DNA from: Spongospora subterranea f. sp. subterranea
Lineage: Eukaryota
Assembly: GCA_049724395.1 (NCBI GenBank)
Contig: JAUGWO010000063.1
Location: 124,001-162,860 of the forward strand
Direction of reading: 5' to 3'
DNA length: 38,860 bases
Numbering within the stretch: position 1 is the first letter of the stretch; the number at the start of each line of letters is the position of its first letter. Both the position numbers and the translations under genes were made by a program. The notes below the pieces were generated by a model. That model was not told the origin of the DNA. It was given only the letters and a program-made list of their open reading frames with translations, and did not search any database. Of the stretch, positions 35,941 through 38,860 are shown in pieces.

Positions 35941-38860
35941 AGATCAACGATTAGAAATTCAAAGTCCACAACGTTAAGTTTGCTTACCACTTGCATTTTG
36001 TTGATCAGCTTGCTGCTGACTTGTTGAGTTTGGCGGGATTGGTCTCTTGCCCAACCGACCTCGGTGCCCTCTGGCAACTGGTTGTTCCACCTTCTCTAGC
36101 TTAAGTACTGAATGGAATTTCTCCCAGCAAGATTTGCGCTGACGGTGATGCGCCGTTGAACATATATTCACATCACACGTTGTGCAGTATGATGTTGTTC
36201 TTCCATCGCACAAAAGGCAACGTCTGCTGGAACGTGACGATCGATCGTGAGGCCATTCTGCTGATACCGTCAGTCGGACCACTGAATCTTCTGGTCTGTT
36301 GTAAAACTCTTCCTCCCGGGTATTTTGGAACACTTCGGACTGGATCACCTTGAGCACGCTGTTCCTGTCTTGAAAGCTGAGACAATGACAATCCACCGCC
36401 GCCAACAATGTCATTGGAGCTGCGGTCTGACATCCTGGGAGAAGGAATCCATTCTTGAACCATTCACCAGAAACTGTAGGAATGATTGCTCGTGGTTGAG
36501 GTAACCTTTCCACTTTTGGTAGCTGTCAAAGCTGTCAAGTTTGTGCTCATTCTGTAACAGTCGGTGAAGATGATGAGCGTTGATGATCGACGACATAATA
36601 AATTTAATGTAAATGTAGGCCCGAGGAGTCAGGGAGCGGAAATCCACTTTAACATTCTTTAATTGCCTTGAAACGACATCTTGCCCTCCTTTGGTGTGGT
36701 TCCACATTGAAACTACGTATGGCACAATTTCGTGGCAAGGAGGCAAGCTGTGGGATGCCGAGCGTCGTAAACGTATTGCCTCAGCCATAGACCTCCACAA
36801 ATGAACAGTAGAACTATCGACCGCGTGATGTAGCGCTTCGGGGGAGGAGCGCCGATCAGGAATTCAGGTTCCAGCATTGGCTCGACCTTGGAAGTAATCA
36901 TCGTTATGATACTGGAATATTGAATCAAATCTAAATAATTAAACTTGATCAAGGCCGCGTAAATGATTGCCTGATCACTAGCAACAACAAATTGTACTCG
37001 AGAACACGTAGTGGTTGATGCATGGTGAAGCACCTGTCCGCGATAATCAGGCGTCCAAACCAACAGAGAAAACAGGTCCGAACAAGCGTCGATTCTGAAA
37101 AACCGCTGTGCGACCTCTTGCGAGATGTTGCAAGCGCGTTCTAGCCGCTCTTTTGCCTCTGTGATTGTGGTGATCGTAGTGGCCGTTTTCAATTCCAGAA
37201 TGCAAACAAACAGTTCCTCATCCTCTGCCGCTGTACTTGACTGCATAACGCAAATTCCATCGACAGAAGTCGCCATTGTTGGAACAGCTAAACTGTGGAG
37301 GAGTCCTCTATGAACAATTTCTGCGTTCACTATCAGCAGATGAGGGCAATGGATCTCGATCGAAGAAGGCAATGCCTTCACAATATTGCTCTCGTTTGCA
37401 CTTCCAACTTTAAGGGATGACTTCGTAAGTGGCTTCATGAACCACTTCTTCATCAAGGGGTGGCACCACGGATTCGAACGATCAACGATTGTTTTGTTCC
37501 ATTGCACTGCAGCTGTAAGTTGCTAGCAAGTTCTTTCAACTGTGGAATTGTCAATTGATTGAGTTGCTCTGCAGACAGGTCAGGACAATTTCCCGTTGCC
37601 ACAGGCGCATCAGATGTTAGAATCTGCAATCGACGGAGCAGAGCCATTTGCCCCGGGTCTAGGAAGGTTGTAAACGCACGAACAGCAGCACTTGCTAATG
37701 TTGATGTCACCAAACAGCAACCTGCTCGCATAATGTGCCAGTCAAATCCTCCTTGAGCATCAGTTAGGGCCTCAACATTGCGATCTATAGTTTGCTGAAT
37801 CAGTTCATGCCCTGAAACTGACATGGTGACCGATGACGGTTTTTTGGGAACGTAAATCCATGAAACCGCTCGAGGATTGCTGGCAATTAGAGTTGCCACA
37901 TGTCCTCTGCCACTTCGGTAAGCGATGGCATACAAATCCCGTCCCCATACCGCTTCTTGGCCAGATACAATGATTTACAACCAAGTTCGGGCACCATTCT
38001 GGTCAACACTATGAGTTAGAAAAAAAACTTGAAACACACTGATTTCCTTCTGGATCCTATTTTGCTTTGAACGTCACCGAAAACAAAAGGAAACGATCTC
38101 ATTCTTTTATGAGTTCCTAGAAGCCTGGAAACCACACTTCAACAGATATTCAATCAAACTCGGCCATCGTATCCTCGGTCCAAACAATTAGTTTGTGCCC
38201 TTAACTTGTTCAGGCAATTGTACTGAGTGAATATGCATGAGCAGCATACGAACCACATCTGCAAAGCTTTCACTTTTTCCTAACAAGCGCATCCCTAGAA
38301 GCAGCCCAGTTGTCAAAGATACAGCGTTAGTTGAGACTATTCCAAACGCTTTCTTCGCATTATTAACTCTTGTAAATCCCATTTGTTCCGATAGAGCGGA
38401 TGTCAACCGATACTGATCGTCATCAATTGACAAAATTGTGGTTGCAGGAACGAATGCGAGTTCGGTGCTGCTCCAAAAGGCAGCCTCTGTCCGTCTTATC
38501 ACAGTATCCGATGAAAACGGACGATCCCACGTTGTGAAAAGGTCGATTCCGAATGGTTTTTGCGCTTGAAAGCGTTCATTATGGTGGTAAATGAAACACT
38601 GTTGCAATTCTCAGCATCTGGATAAAGGAAAGCATGTTGAGGATCGAAAAACACGGAGGGTGTGACACCATATATCGAGAGATAGATTAAAACTTTGATG
38701 AACGCTACCAGGTCCTGGCTGGAAACGGATTGCCCGACGGGGATCCCCTCACGCAATGCATCACGTAATTCGTGATCAATTCCATCGAAAAAAAAATTTA
38801 CACAAACGCTCAACGTAATTGTCGATGTATTCATCAACCTTCTGGCGTTGCTACAAACCG
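35595..38860 (-). mobile_element. piggyBac-like element, copy 2 (better preserved), transposase with inserted YqaJ-like nuclease and SAP motif; runs off window
   Basis: TTAA|CCCTGAT end at 35591-35601; motifs SIDDD, LDRGY, WNHTKGGQD and C-terminal CLLC..CTTCDVNIC..CWEKFH; YqaJ-like and SAP motifs between the 2nd and 3rd Asp; frameshifts; probable 41-nt intron at 38039-37999. Confidence 0.85.

Noticed and set aside
36713..37935. YqaJ-like region as a phage or viral insertion
   Set aside because: It lies between piggyBac catalytic motifs in both copies, with no viral structural or replication genes nearby.
25040..38860. Frameshifts in transposon ORFs as sequencing error or programmed frameshifting
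   Set aside because: The host exons checked keep frame, and the two piggyBac-like copies have different lesions including in-frame stops, consistent with neutral decay.

Overview
Eukaryotic (probably microbial) genomic DNA with short GT-AG introns. Three intact-looking spliced host genes are present: a CEP295/Ana1-like centriolar gene (54-2696, -), an orphan gene with 19-aa repeats and polyQ (3952-4765, +) and exportin-4 (13590-20169, +). There is also a tRNA-Arg(ACG) and an isolated Rab8-like exon. The rest is decayed transposons: Copia, Ty3/Gypsy, a LINE-like element, MULE, pogo-like and piggyBac-like. Three elements carry unusual accessory domains: (1) a piggyBac-type transposase with a YqaJ/lambda-exonuclease-like nuclease and a SAP motif inside its DDD core (two copies); (2) a MULE-like transposase followed by a USP-like cysteine protease and a PARP-type zinc finger; (3) an OTU protease directly upstream of an APE endonuclease. 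The transposon tracts are repeatedly arranged as fold-back inverted repeats, from 130 bp up to a >13 kb palindrome with an abrupt switch in identity. All domain calls come from motifs read by eye, and identity values are visual estimates.
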